NCBI GenBank assembly: GCA_038087875.1
Contig: JAXLNO010005841.1
Location: 1,302,001-1,366,000 of the forward strand
DNA from: Malacoraja senta
Lineage: Eukaryota
Length of the DNA: 64,000 nucleotides
Direction: 5' to 3'
Each line of letters opens with the position of its first letter. Within the stretch, counting starts at the first letter, position 1. The notes beneath the pieces were generated by a model. It searched no databases, was not told where the DNA came from, and was given only the letters and a program-made list of their open reading frames with translations. Below are positions 1 to 13,956 of this stretch, in pieces. A program made the translations under genes and the position numbers.

Positions 1-510
1 CCTGGCTGCAGGAACCAAGCGTAATGTGGCCAGATCCCCTATTCCACCTTTGCCCATGTGGTGGCAATAGAGAGCACTCAATGAGCATTTGGGAGGTGAC
101 GCGAAACAGCAGATTCATCGCGCAGAGGTGAATCGTCACATTTCTATTACGCCCATCGCCATTTCAGAAAGATCCAAAACGCTTTCAACCAATGGACTGA
201 TTGATGAGCTGTGCTCATTCGTGCGATGCAAGGTACAGGACAGCCAATGGCGGATCGGTTCGTCTGTGTCGGTGAATATGTTGAGGGGATAGACATAAAA
301 TGCTCGAGTAGCTCAGCGGGTCCGGCAGCATCTCTTCTGAAGAAGGGTCTCGACCCGAAACATCACCTATTCCTTTGGTACAGAATTACTCCCTGACTCC
401 AGCTTTTTTAATGTCTATCTTCGGTTTATACCTGCATCCGCAATTGCTCCCTACACAAGTTGTTGAAGGGTCTCTGTCACTGGAAAGGATTCATTCCCAC
501 TCTCCCAGAG

Positions 511-1180
511 TCATAGAATCATAGAGTGATACAGTGTGGAAACAGGGCCTTCGGCCTAACTTGTCCACACCGGTCAACATGTCCCAGCCACACTACTCCC
601 ACATGCCTACGAAAGGTCCATATCCCTGCAAACCTGTCCTATCCATGTACCTGTCTAACTATTGTTCAAACGATGGGATAATCGCAACCTCAACTACCTC
701 TTCTTGCAGCTTGTTTCATACACCCAACTCCCTTTGTGTGAAATAGTTACCCCTCGAATTCCAATTAAATCTTTTCATCTTCACCTCGAACCTATGTCCT
801 CTGGTCCTAGATTTCCCTACTCTGATCAAAAGACTCTGTGCATCTAACCGGTCTATTCCTCTCATGATCGTGTACACCTTTATAAGATCACCCTTCGTCC
901 TCCTGCGCTCGAAGGAATAGAGACACAGCCTACTCAACCTCTCCCTATAGCTCACACCCTTCCCTATAACATGTTGCCCTGAACTGAACATGATATTCTA
1001 AATGCGGTCTCACCAACGTCTTTTACAACTGCAACATGACCTCCCAACTTCCATCTCAATACTCTGATTGATGATAGCCAATGTGCCAGAACGCCGCCTG
1101 GTATACTTTCACCGATTTGTTTGGCCGACACGGTCCCGTGATCCGGCAACATCCGCACTGCCATAGTGCAGCGGTGGATC
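511..1180 (-). mobile_element. Decayed CR1 LINE 3' fragment
   Basis: The antisense translation gives RERLSRLCLYSFERRR..GDLIKVY; CATAGA-type tail repeats near 511-530. Confidence 0.8.
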
Positions 1181-1289
1181 TGTATACCTCGTACAATATC
1201 CTCCCTAATCCCCCCATACAACCCCATCTCATCTGAATGGGCGATTTGTTGACTTCAACACAGTCCTGATTTCCCGGTGAGAACATCGT

Positions 1290-1600
1290 CTGGTCCGCAA
1301 TAGCTCACCGGGGACCGATGGGGAAGGACGCTCAGCCCAGTGCATGTGTGTGGGAGGCAATAACATTGTGGAGGCGCAGGAATAAGCGAAAAACAAGAGG
1401 CAACTGATGCCTTCAGCCAGATACGTGATCAGGTCACTAGTTTGGGGGGAGAGGTGGTTGGAGAGAGAGGGGATGCAAGGGTGATTTGAATTTACGAAAT
1501 TCAAATTCATGCCGCAGGATTGTAAGCTACCCAAGCGAAATATGACATGCCTTTCCTCCAATTTGCATTGGGCCTCACTCTGAGAGTGGAGGAGAATGGG
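1290..1600 (-). mobile_element. Penelope-like element fragment (GIY-YIG C-terminus)
   Basis: The antisense frame has CKLEERHVIFRLGSLQSCGMN, typical of vertebrate PLE endonuclease ends. Confidence 0.75.
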
Positions 1601-3465
1601 ATGGGTTGGTTTAAAATACAACATGGTGTATAGGAAGAGATCAAGTTGCCTAAATCCCTTCCCAATCGCCATCTTAACCGATTTTGTCTCTCTTGGAGGA
1701 ATAGTCTCCAATCATTGGGTAGACAAGAGTCAAAATAGTCAAGAGTGTTTAATTGTTCAATCCTGACATCCGAACTCTTATCTGGTGCAGAATAATAGGC
1801 CTGTTAACACAGTGACACGCCGATAAAAAATATGCCGTTACGATGGTAAGCTTGCAGAGAAGATTTTCTAGGGTGTTGAGAGACCTTGACTGCCTGTCCT
1901 ATGGAGAGAGATTTGGCATGCAACGACTTTACTTTTTTGAGGACAGCAGGCTGAGGGATGATTTATAAGAGGTGTATAAAATCATGGGGAGAATAGATAG
2001 TGTGAATGCACATTATTTTACCCAGGGTAGGGCTGATCAGAAACTAAAGGACATTGTTAAAGGTGAGACGGGAAACATTTTAGAGGAATCTGAGAGGTAG
2101 CGTATTCACATAGACGGAAGTGGGTATAAATCAGCTGCCAGAGGAAGTAGTTGTATCGTGTACTATAACAACATTTATAAGATATTTGGATGTGCGTGTA
2201 TAGAAAAAGTTCATTTATCATATCTGGAATAGGCTGCCAGAGGAATGAGCAGACGGATACAATAAGGATGTTTAAAAAGCATTTGGATAGATAGTTGGAT
2301 CGGAAGGAATTAGAAGGCCACAGGTCGAATTCATGTAAATGATTCGAGCTCAATGTGCCAAACTGGTCAACATGGACAAGATAGGTGGAAGGGCCTGATT
2401 CCATGTTGCGTAGCTCTATATGTGTATACAGCATGTACAAATAGCATGTAGCATACAGCATATGGATGACGGTTTTCAATGACTGTTCACGTACGTAGTT
2501 ATCTTGTGCTGACCCATGAACGAAAGAAACCTCATACATAGGTGATGCTAATATAGGCCATTTTCAAGCTCTTGGAGAAGGAGGTCAGGTAGCAAGAGCG
2601 CTGAGGTCTTGTTTAATATGTACAAGTCTTTAGTGTTCATTCTCCTTCCGCAGTCAACAGTATTTGTCGGCGTAGCCGGGCCTGCATTCTTGTGATGAGA
2701 GGGGTGTCCCATGCGGATAGATTGAGAGGGGACCGCCTAATTCGTTGAAGCTGAGGACGATAAGAGGCAATGATATTGAAAGACAACACATTGGTTGGAC
2801 CACAAAGCGAACGCAGGGAGTCTGTTTTCTGTAGCTGGGAAAGCTAAAGATCGGAGATAATAGGGAATTAAACCGACGAACTTCCTTCATTCTGAGATTG
2901 TAGATCCTGACATTCTCTCCTCCAGAGGCCTATAGATGCTCCGTCACAGTATCATAGTCATACCACTGGGAAACACGCCGAACTCGTCCATACTGACTAC
3001 GTTTGGCCCAAATCCCTATTAACCTTTCGTGACCATGTAGCTGCCCAAGTATCTTTTTAACGTTGTTGTTGTATCTGCCTTAACTATCTCCTCTGGCAGC
3101 TCGCTCCATATACCTACCATTCATTGATTTAAAAATTTCCCCCTCAAGTTCGTTCTAAATCTTGCCCATCTCACATCTAACAATTGGTTTTGATCACAAC
3201 CCTCTTATAAAAAGCACAGTGATTCTACTCCATCTGTTTCCTTCATGATTTTCGAAGTTATTTTCATAACATTCTATAGCAGCGTGATCACTTGTGAACA
3301 CAATACTCCAAATGCAGCCATACCAAACTATTGCGGAAACGTGGCATGACGCCCTAATTTCCATGCGCAGTATCCTGACCAATGAAGGCGAATGCACCAA
3401 AGGCCTTTTTAACCACACTATCTATTCGTGACACTTTCAGGGAACTGCGTACCTGTATCCCAAGA

Positions 3466-4115
3466 TAGACACAAAAGCTGGAGTAACGCAGCGGGATGGG
3501 CAGCATCTCTGCAGAGAAGGAATGGGTGACGTTTCGGGTCGAGACCCTTCTTCACACTGGTTAAGGGTAAGGGAAACGAGAGACAAAGGGGATGATGTAG
3601 AGAGATAAAATACAATTAATGAAATATATGCAAAAAAGTAACGACGATAAAGGAAACAGGCCTTTGTTAGCTGTTTGTTGGGTGAAAACGACCGTTCTGT
3701 CCTAGGTCTCCTCCGTTGCCAGAGTGAAGCTAAACGCATATTGGAGGAACAGCATCTCATATTTCGCTTGGGCAGTTTACAATATCGATTCTCTCTCTTC
3801 GGATAGCCCCATCATTCCCTCTCTTCCTATATCTCCCCCACCTAAGTCGAATCAGCTTCTCGTTTTTACCCAACAGACAGCTAACAATGGCCTGTTTCCT
3901 TTATGACCTGTTTTCATTTTCTTTTATTAATTGTTCCTTTTCTGTCCACATCATCGTCTATATCTCTCGTTTCCCTTGATCCTAACCAGTCTGAGGAAGA
4001 GTCTCAATCAGAAAGTCACCCAATACTTGTGTCCAGAGATGCTGCCTTCCCCACAGTTACTCCAACTTTTTATGTCTATCTTCGGTTTAAACCAGCATCT
4101 GCAGTTCCTTCCCAC
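3466..4115. mobile_element. Penelope-derived inverted-arm (hairpin) element
   Basis: The pLTR arm at 3466-3700 recurs in inverted orientation at about 3860-4080 around an EEQHLIFRLGSL remnant. Confidence 0.75.
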
Positions 4116-7100
4116 ACATTTTACGTGTACTCCTAGATCCCTTTGCTCTCCAACGCTACGTGGAGATGTGCCAATCTTTGTGAAGGTACTGCCCGAGTTT
4201 GAATTTGCGAAATGCATCTCACACTTATGTGCATTAATCACCATTAGGCACTCCTCGGCCCACCAGCCCAGTTGATTAAGAGCCTGTAATATTTTTTGAT
4301 ATCCATCTAACAATTTGAGAGTACTGATGCAGGTTTCCCAAAAACTTAATCTGCAAGTCGAATCAGTCGTAAAGAAAGCATTTATTGCTAAAGAGCTTAC
4401 CTACAAAAACAGCGATGGAATGCTGAGGCTCTATAAGGCGTTGGTCAGGCCGTATTTAGAATATTGTGAGCAATTTTGAGCAACATATCTGAGGAAAAAC
4501 GAGCTAGCTCTGGAGAGGGTCCAGAGGAGGTTTACAATATTGATCCCAGGAATGTGTAGGTTAACATATTGTGAGCGCTGGACGGTACTGGGCCTATATT
4601 CGCTGGAGTTTCGAAAAGTGAGGGGGGTGGGGGACCACATTGAGACGTACAGAATAGTGAATGACTTGGATAGGGTGATGTGAAGAGGATGTTTCCACTG
4701 GTGGGAGAATCTAGGACTAGAACTCATAGCATGAGAATAAAAGGACGTACTTTTAGGAAGGAGATGAGGAGGAATTTGCCGCAAGAGACTGTGGAGGCAA
4801 TGTCAGTGGATATATTTAAGGAAGAGACAGATAGATTCTTGATTAGTACGGGTGTCAGAGGTAATGGTGAGAAGGCAGGAGAATGGGGTTAGATCTGCCA
4901 CCATTAAATGGCGGAGTTGACTTTATGGGCCGAATGGCCTAATTCTACTCCTGTCGTTTAAGATCAGGAATGACAACATACACTGGATCAGCTGAGCAAG
5001 TGAACATTGATTGTATAGTTTCCAGGCTGGGGGTCATCAATGCTTCGGCACTGAAGGATCTGTGTGTCTGGGCATGTTGTTCTTCCCTGCTGTGTCCGAG
5101 AATGAAGCATTGACCGAATCCCTCGGATCACAGCAATGTCCATCTGTTAGAGCGGAGTGTGCGGGTGAGGTTACGGAGCAGCGAGGCCGAGAGCCATTGA
5201 TCTCCGTCCCGGAACGTTCTGATATCCTGATATTTCCCTGGTGTATGATTCCAGTCCCAGCTCCCGAATATTATATATTTAATACAGCCGGTAAACTCGC
5301 CGCTTTCTCCCTCTCTCCCGCAGCGATCTCTTTCAGAATTATTATCAAATCAACTTATTATCAATTAAAATATTGAAGTTCATGGCTTGAAAGATCAATA
5401 AATTGTAATTTATGAGAATTCTTGCTCAAAGATTCAATTTTAGATTCAATGTCTTCCAGTTTCTGAATATTAACATTTTGTTGAAAATGCTGCTCCGTCT
5501 CTCCCCCCTCCTCCCTCGCAGGGTCCGCGCGACCGCGACACCTGCCTCGCTACACAAACAACCAAAAACAGCATTGATTTGTGTAAGGACAGCTAAATAA
5601 AGCCCACGCCAACACCGACAGGGTCCCTCGGGGAGATGACAAGAGCGCAGCTGCATCAGCGCCTCTCACACACACGGCTGGCGCCTCGGCTGCTCGGCCT
5701 CGTGAACCGTCGCCAACGTGGCGGTCACTGGAATGACCCGCGTGTGATTGCCCCATTGACACTGAGGGAGGGAGAAAAATGTCTCAATTCGTCATTGAAC
5801 TTTTCTATCGATATTACTCCCCATCTCCCAACCTCAACAGCAGCCTCCGCCCCCGTCCCAGCCCATTAGATTCCAGCTACATTTCACCCTTCTCAGCTTA
5901 AACCCATGCCTCCTAATTCATACTTCCCCTGCCCTGGAACAAAGGCTCTGTGCATTCACACTTTTTTTATCAAACTCATGATTCAATATTTCTCAAAACG
6001 ATCACCCCTCACGTGCTCCTCGTACTCCAGGGGATAAAGTCGTAGTCTGCTCAACCCTGTAGCTCAGATACTCGAGTTCTTGCAACACGCTTGTGAATCT
6101 ACTTTGCACATTTTCTAGCTGAATTACATATATCCTTCATCAGGGTGACCAAATCTGAATGCAATACTGCAAATGCGGCCTCATCAACTTTTCCTGAAAA
6201 TATCTGATACAAAATACTATACTTAATACCGGACCGATAAAGGACAATGGTCCAAAAGCCTTCTTCTTCACACTGTCTACCCATGATGCCACATTCAGGG
6301 AACGTTGTACCTGTATTCTAGATCCCTCTGGCCTGCAGCAGCCCCTGTCTATTGGTGACGCCACTTTCAAGGAACTATATATCTGCACTCCTGGCTACCT
6401 CTGCACTATTCCCTTTCTACCCGTGACGCCACTTTCAGGGAACTAGTTACCTGTACTCTGAATCCCTCTGCTCCACAACAAACCCCAAGCCTTTACTGTG
6501 AAGCTGCTGCCCTGACTTGTCTTCCCAAATGCAACACCTTGCAGTTATCTGCATTACACTCTACTGGGACGTTCCTTAGTGCAACTTACCCAGCTGATCA
6601 AGATCCTGCTGTAACACTTGATAAACGTTGCTCAATGTTCGCATTACTAGCTATCTTTGTGGCATCTGCAAACTAAGTAATCACACCTTGCACATTCTCA
6701 TCCATATTTGATGTAAATGACAAATAGCAGTGGGCCCTGCGCCGACACCGTGGCACACTATGGAACATAGAGTCTATAGGACATGTCTCTAACATACCCC
6801 AAAACTGCAAGAGATTACAAGAGACTATTTAATAAATCAAGACCACGCAAGCTGATGCGTAGTTATGTGTAACACATTGGCACCAGAACACAGGGGAAGT
6901 CGCCCGGACAGAACAGCAAACGCTCCGTCCGAAGTGTGGCCTTAAAGTGTATGCTACTGGAGCACAGTGAGGCGCAGAGGTTCAGAGTTCCAGAGCTCAC
7001 GATTACATCAGGAGAAGGCAGGAACGCTCATGGGGTCCTCAGTTAGATTTATGGACCAGTAGTAGGGAATGATGCGAAGCGGAGATGTTGGTGGTTGTAG

Positions 7101-9167
7101 CACTGCAGGAGGGAGCTTCCTAGGTCTGGGTAAGGGGTTCTGGGGATGGGCTGCGGACAATGGTGTCGGTGCTCCCGATACTTAACTGGAGGAACTTTCA
7201 CTCATCCAGATCGCAATATCCATCCATTAGTGTAGAGATGGCGAAAGTGTGAAAGGTGTTGGTGAGTCACTGAGTCATGATGAAAACCGAAACACAGCTG
7301 TCCAAGTGTAGCCGCTGTCCAATTGAAGAGGTAACTGCCTCTCAGAGCAACCTGTACCAGAGCGATTGCCACTCGATCATTTTAATGATGTATCTTAATC
7401 AGTTGGGCAAGTGGGCTGCGGAATGGTTAATGGAGATTAATGCAGATACACGTGAGGTGTTGGGAAGTCTAACCAGGGCATGACTGTCGCAGTAAAGGGC
7501 ACCGCTTTGGAGAGTGTGGATAGCAGAGGGATCTTGGAGTGCAGGGACACAGTTCCTTCAAAGTGGCATTACAGGTAGATAGGGCGGTCAAGGAATATTT
7601 CGGTACATTGAACGTCATCAGTCATTGAGTATGGAGTATATTTGTTGGGCTATTAGATTACAGATGTACAAGTCGCTGGCGTGGCCACTATTTGAGTATT
7701 GTGTTCAGATGTTGTCAGCCTGCTACAGGAAATAAGTTATTAATCTGCAAAGAGTGCAGAGAAGATTTGCGAGGATGTTGGCAAGTATTGAGAGCCTGAG
7801 CTATAGGGAGGGATTGGGCAGGCAAGCGCAGTCTTCCTTGGAGCGTAGAAAGATTTGGTGATCTTATAGTGTTTTATAAGATCAAGAGAAGAATAGATAG
7901 TACCGATACACAGAGTATTTTGTCCAGAGTACGGTAAGCAAGAACCAGACAACATAGGTTTAAGAAGAGAGTGGAAAGAATTAACATGAATCTGAGGAGC
8001 AATATATTTTACGCAGAGGGTGGCGGGTCTATGAAATAAGCAGCCTGTGTAGGTTGTGGAGGCATTAAGCTATGGCAATATTTAAAGACACGGGTACAGA
8101 TACATAGATAGGAAATATTTAGTGGGATATAGGATTAAGGAACTGAACGCAGCCAGTGGTACTAGCTTAGATGGGACATCTTGGTCGGGATGTGCAAGCA
8201 GGGCCTAAGGGCCTATTTCCATACTGTATGACTTAATGATTCTGCAATGGGACAAATGCATGCACGTTTTTCACGGCTATGTCGTTCGCAATGTTGATTG
8301 CATCATTAAGTTCCAAACTAGAAATGTTTTTCAGTCCGAGGAACCTATGGGAAGTGGCACGCGGAGCCAAATGTTTCTACAATAAGCCGAAATGTCACTG
8401 ACCACAGCACAATCCATGCTAAACCATCTTTGCAGCGGTGGAGTATCACAGAGCGGCGGGGTAAAGCCTATCTTGGCGAGTGTGCTTTATGGATTTATAT
8501 GAGCGCTATGGACTTAACTTAGAAGGAATAAAGGAGATACCTGGGTGGTTATATGTCAAAGAATGTAGAAGGACGGCCCCATGTTTGTGCTAACACACGA
8601 ACGGGCCTAAATTAAATTACAGTGGTTTTAATACAATAAATGCCTTTGACTTTTACGAAGAAACTCCCGCCTGAACAACTGCCCGGTTGGAGGTTTCTAT
8701 CAAAGTGAACGAGTTAAAATCCTGCAAAAGTAGACGAGGGCAGGATTAAGCAACAGAGATCCGAAAAATTCAGGGAGGAAAATCGAATGCAGGAGGGACA
8801 GAGCAGGAAACATAAACGCAGACCTCATAATCTGCTACATTGATGGAACGACAATAACATAAGGCAAACGTCAACGTGGATCCCCTGCGGACTGAGAATG
8901 GAGACGCCACATTAGCAATAAGGAATTGATTGTGAAGTAAAGCAAATATATCAGAATGCAAAGGAAGCTCCTATAAATATCTGAGAAAGAAAGGCCCGGC
9001 AGACGCTGAAAGAAGCTGCAGAATCGGAATTAGTTTTGGAGAGGGGAATTTCCGTAAATCCGTCACGCCGTGAGCGGCTGCACAATGATTGCCAGTGAAT
9101 TACTTTGGGAGTAACCTCAGCTCCCGTAGATTGTAAAAGTGGTCTCACCGATGGGAGATTGGGAATG

Positions 9168-9424
9168 NNNNNNNNNNNNNNNNNNNNNNNNNNNNNNNNN
9201 NNNNNNNNNNNNNNNNNNNNNNNNNNNNNNNNNNNNNNNNNNNNNNNNNNNNNNNNNNNNNNNNNNNNNNNNNNNNNNNNNNNNNNNNNNNNNNNNNNNN
9301 NNNNNNNNNNNNNNNNNNNNNNNNNNNNNNNNNNNNNNNNNNNNNNNNNNNNNNNNNNNNNNNNNNNNNNNNNNNNNNNNNNNNNNNNNNNNNNNNNNNN
9401 NNNNNNNNNNNNNNNNNNNNNNNN
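9168..9424. other. Assembly gap (257 N)
   Basis: Run of N. Confidence 1.
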
Positions 9425-11345
9425 ATAGACAAACGACAATAGGTGCAGGAGTACCTGCATCACCCTTCGTGCCAACACCGCCATTCAATGTGATCATGGC
9501 TGATCATCCCCAATCCGTACTCCGTTCCTGCCTTCTTCCCATATCCCCTGACTCTGCTATCTTTAATAGCCCTATCTAGTTCTGTCTTGAAAGTATCCAG
9601 AGAACCGGCCTCCACCGCCCTCTGAGGCAGAGAATTCCACAGACTCACAACTCTCTGTGTGAAAAAGTGTTTTCTCATCTCCGTTCTAAATGGCCTACCC
9701 CTTAAACTGTGGCCCCTGGTTCTGGACTCCCTCAACATCGGGAACATGTGTCCTCCCTCTAGCGTGTCCAAACCCTTAATAATCTTATATGCTTCAATAA
9801 GATCAACTCTCATCCTTCTAAACTCCACAGTATACAAGCCCAGCCGCTCCATTCTCTCAGCATATAACAGTCCCGCCATCCCTGGAATTATCCTTGTAAA
9901 CCTACGCTGCACTCCCTCATTGGCAAGATTGTCCTTCCTCAAATGAGGGGACCAAAACTGCACACAATACTCCAGGTGTGGTCTCACTAGGGCCCTATAC
10001 AACTGCAGAAGGACCTCTTTGCTCCTATACTCAACTCCTCTTGTTATGAAGGCCAACATGCTATTTGCTTTCTTCACTGCCTGCTGTACCTGCATGCTTA
10101 GTTCATTGACTGATGAACAAGGACCCGCATATCCCGTTGTACTTCCCCTTTTCCCAACTTGACACCATGAAGATAGTAATCTGCCTTCCTGTTTTTTGCT
10201 ACCAAAGTGGATAACCTCACATTTATCCACATTAAACTGCACCTCCCATGCATCTGCCCACTCACCCAACCTGTCCAAGTCACCCTGCATTCTCATGGCA
10301 TCCTCCTCACAGTTCACAATGGCACGCAGCTTTGTGTCATCTGCAAATTTGCTAATGTTACTTCGAATCCCTTCATCGAAATCATTGATGAATATTGTAA
10401 ATAGCTGCGGTCCCAGCACCGAGCCTTGCGGCACCCCACTAGGCACTGCCTGCCATTCTGAAAGGAGCCCGTTAATCCCTACTCTTTGATTCCTGTCTGC
10501 CAACCTATTTTCTATCCATGTCAGCACTCTATCCCCCAATACCATATGCCCTAATTTTGCCCATGTAATCTCCTATGTGGGACCTTATCATATGTTTTCT
10601 GAACGTTCAGGTACACTACATCCATTGCCTCTGCCCTGTCCATTTTCCTGGTTCCATCCTCAAAAAAATCCAGAAGATGTCAAATGATGTCCCCTTCGTA
10701 AATCCATGCTGACTCGGACCGATCCTGTTACTGCTCTCCAAATGTGCCGCTATTTCATCTTTTATGATTGACTCCAGCATCTTCCCCACCTCCGATGTCA
10801 GGGTAACTGGTCTAAAATTCCCTGTTTTCTCTCTCCCGCCTTACTTCAAAAGTAGGATAACATTAGCTACCCTCCAATGCACAGGAACTGATCCTGAATC
10901 TATAGCACATTGGAAAATGGTCACCAATGCGTCCACGATTTCTAGAGCCATTTCTTTAAGTACCCTGGGATGCAGACCATCAGGCCCTGGGGATTTAGCA
11001 GCCTTCGGTCCCATCAGTCTACCCAACACCATTTCCTGCCTAATGTGGATTTCCTTCAGTTCCTCCGTTACCCCATATCCTCTAGCCACTAGTACAGCAG
11101 GAAGATTGTTTGTGTCCTCCTTAGTGAAGACGGATTCAAAGTACCTGTTCCACTCATCTGCCATTTCCTTGTTTCCCATAACAATTTCACCCTTTTCAGT
11201 CTTCAAGGGTCCAACTTTAGTCTTAACTGTTCATTTCCTCTTTACATATCTAAAGAAAGTTTTACTATCCTTCTTTATATTCTTGGCTAGCTTGCCTTCG
11301 TACCTTATCTTTTCCCCCGTATTGCCTTTTTAGTTATCTTCTGTT
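9425..11345 (-). mobile_element. CR1 LINE, 5'-truncated ORF2 (RT) with AGACAAT-type tail
   Basis: ORF 9460-10545 has GVPQGSVLGP, KFADD and RPHLEYCVQFW; KSPGPDG in the upstream fragment. Confidence 0.95.
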
Positions 11346-13956
11346 GCTCTTTAAACATTCCCCAATCCTCAGAGTGAGAGGCACAGAGAGGGGAAGGGGG
11401 ATGGGAGAAGGTTAAGCAGAGACATACCGAGACATAAGGAGAAAGATAGAGAACGAGAGGAGGAGAGCAACAAGATAGAGAGGGTGGGCGGTGGAGAAAG
11501 GGAAAGAGAGATGCAGGCTATTTATTTTGACTCCTGTTGTTAGAGAAATACTGCAATTTATTATCGAAGAAATGCAAGCATAACGCTCGGTGTATACCAA
11601 GATATATATTATCAAAAAGCCTGTCAAACCTTTTTGGTGCCGCAATGCACAACACATAAATGTTGCCTTTCGTAGGCCGTGTGTAAGGCGCAACGCTGGA
11701 GCTGACAGAGGAAACAGCTCCAGTCGTTCGCATTCTGCATCAGAATGTTTGGATTAAGGAAATAGTTGCAATAGCTCCTGAACCGGTGACTAGACACCGG
11801 CTAGCGGGAAAGGTACATAGACGTGGAGGTGATAGTAATAGTTTGGCCAAACAAGGAAAGGAGAGGTCGGGTGGAATAAAATGATGCTAAATCGCGAAGT
11901 CATCTTTTCGCCCAGAATAAAATATATAAAATCAGAGCACAATTTAAGATGAGGGTTTGAAATGTGCTGGTGAAACGTCCCTATATCTTACATACAGATC
12001 ACAGCGAGTTAACCAGCTTCACAAACAAGTAATAAAGCAAAGGACATTCAGCAGCGAGTGCACATGTTTTGCTGCATTTAGACAGGATACCGGTGGGAAC
12101 GCAATTTGAATATCGTGCATGGCTCCTGACCTTTCTTTCTCTGGAAGGACATGCGAGAGATGGAGGGAATGCGAGAGCGGTTAATATCCTTAATTCCCGG
12201 GCACGGGTGTTTAACATGGGGAGGTCAAGCAATCTGGACCGATAGTCTCCAGTGAATGAGAGGTAAACTCACGGAAGCAAGAGACCGATCACACTAATGG
12301 TGATGATCCAACTCTCTGCAGTCTCTAGAACCAGAGACCACACTCTCAGACCAGGTGGTCTGTCGTGGCGGACTGGGATAGAAAGTTCCCCCGCAGAAAG
12401 GGGTGATGTTTTAGACTCCAGAGAATCAGTTGCTCGGGTATGCAAGAAATATTTTTAGCTTAGTTTAGAGTTACCGCCCTGCGGCCGACCGTGTCCGCAC
12501 TGACTAGCAATTCCCGCACTCATATACTATCCTGCACACAATGGGGACAATTTACATATATACTAAGCCAATTAACCTACAAACCTGTATGTACTTGGAG
12601 TGTGGGAGAAAACTGAAGATCTCGGAAAAAACCCACGCCGGTCACAGGAAGAACGTGCAAACTCCGGACGGACAGCACCCGTACTCAGGATTGAACCCGG
12701 GCCTATGGCGCTGTAAGGTAGTGGCTATATTGGTGCGCCACCGTGCCGTCCTGAAATAATGAGATTTTAGATGGATTGATGAATGTTAAAGGAATTGACG
12801 GGATGAGATTTGTGCAGGATGGTAGCGTACGTGTAAATGATCAGCCACTTTCTCATTGAACAACGGAGACGCAGAGGCGCGAGGGGCCTGTGGCCTAATA
12901 GTCAAGTGTGTTTTATTGGCAAATATATCGGGAACGGAGCAATGACATTCTCACTTGTGGCACCTTAACAGGCCATTGAACGTATGGACGCAGTGGAAAT
13001 ATACAGTAATCAATAACACAATCAATTAATAATCATTCATACAAGGTAACCATAATAGTAGAAACCGAAGCCCGTAGTGCAACCAAAATCACAATCACGT
13101 TTGTTATCCACCAAACGCACCCACTAAACACCAGCATTTTTTTTGGAGATGTGAGAGGAAACTGGAGAACGGGGAGAAGCAAATCCACACAGACAGCATC
13201 CGAGGTTAGGATCAAACTCAGGTCTCTTGCGTTTTGCGGCAGCAGGTCTACCCACTGCTCCACCGTGCCACGGCGGTCACGAGCTTGGTGGTTGCTGGGA
13301 AGGGACATGGCCTGACCCTTGTCCTTATAACTGATGTGACGTAGCACGTCTGTGCGCGAAAGGCCGAGCGAATAGATTCTCAGGGTGGTGGTGCGGAACC
13401 CGTCCCATGCGTCCGATTAGTCCGACGTTTCAAGGAGCGGGGATAGTTGGACCCTCACACAAATGGGTACATCAAAATCACTGCACCTTGCTGACACGTC
13501 GTTGGCCTATCCCGAAACAAGTCTGTCTCCATATCATCCCGACCTTTGGCCCTGGGATCGGGTAACATTAGTCATAGTCATAGTGCCATAGAGTTATAGA
13601 GTCACACGGCACAGTAACACGCGCTTTGGCCAAGCTTGCCCATGCCGCCCTTGATGTCCCATCTACACTTGTCCCAACTGCCAGCGTTGGGCCCATATCT
13701 AGCCAAACATTTCCTATCCATGTACCTGTCCAAATATATTTAAATGCTGCTCTTGTATCTGACTCAACTATCTCCTCTGTCAGCTCGTTCAATACATCCT
13801 ACCATCCTCTGTGTGAAACATTATATACACATCTTGATGTAATTAATCCGGTTTAATTTCTGGCCACTGGTCAGCGCTCAATGTCGATGGCCAGGTATAC
13901 TGCAGTGGAGGTGTCATTCGATATCACATCTTGTTCTCAGAGGCGATTGCTGGCAC

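Noticed and set aside
1561-1568. Perfect octamer ATTTGCAT
   Set aside because: It lies inside a Penelope coding remnant 15 kb from the Ig leader.
1808-1835. CACAGTG followed by an A-rich run as a possible RSS
   Set aside because: The nonamer match and spacing are poor, it lies in decayed CR1, and no V or J segment is adjacent.
8951-9579. Several long ORFs
   Set aside because: They are artefacts of translating through the N gap.
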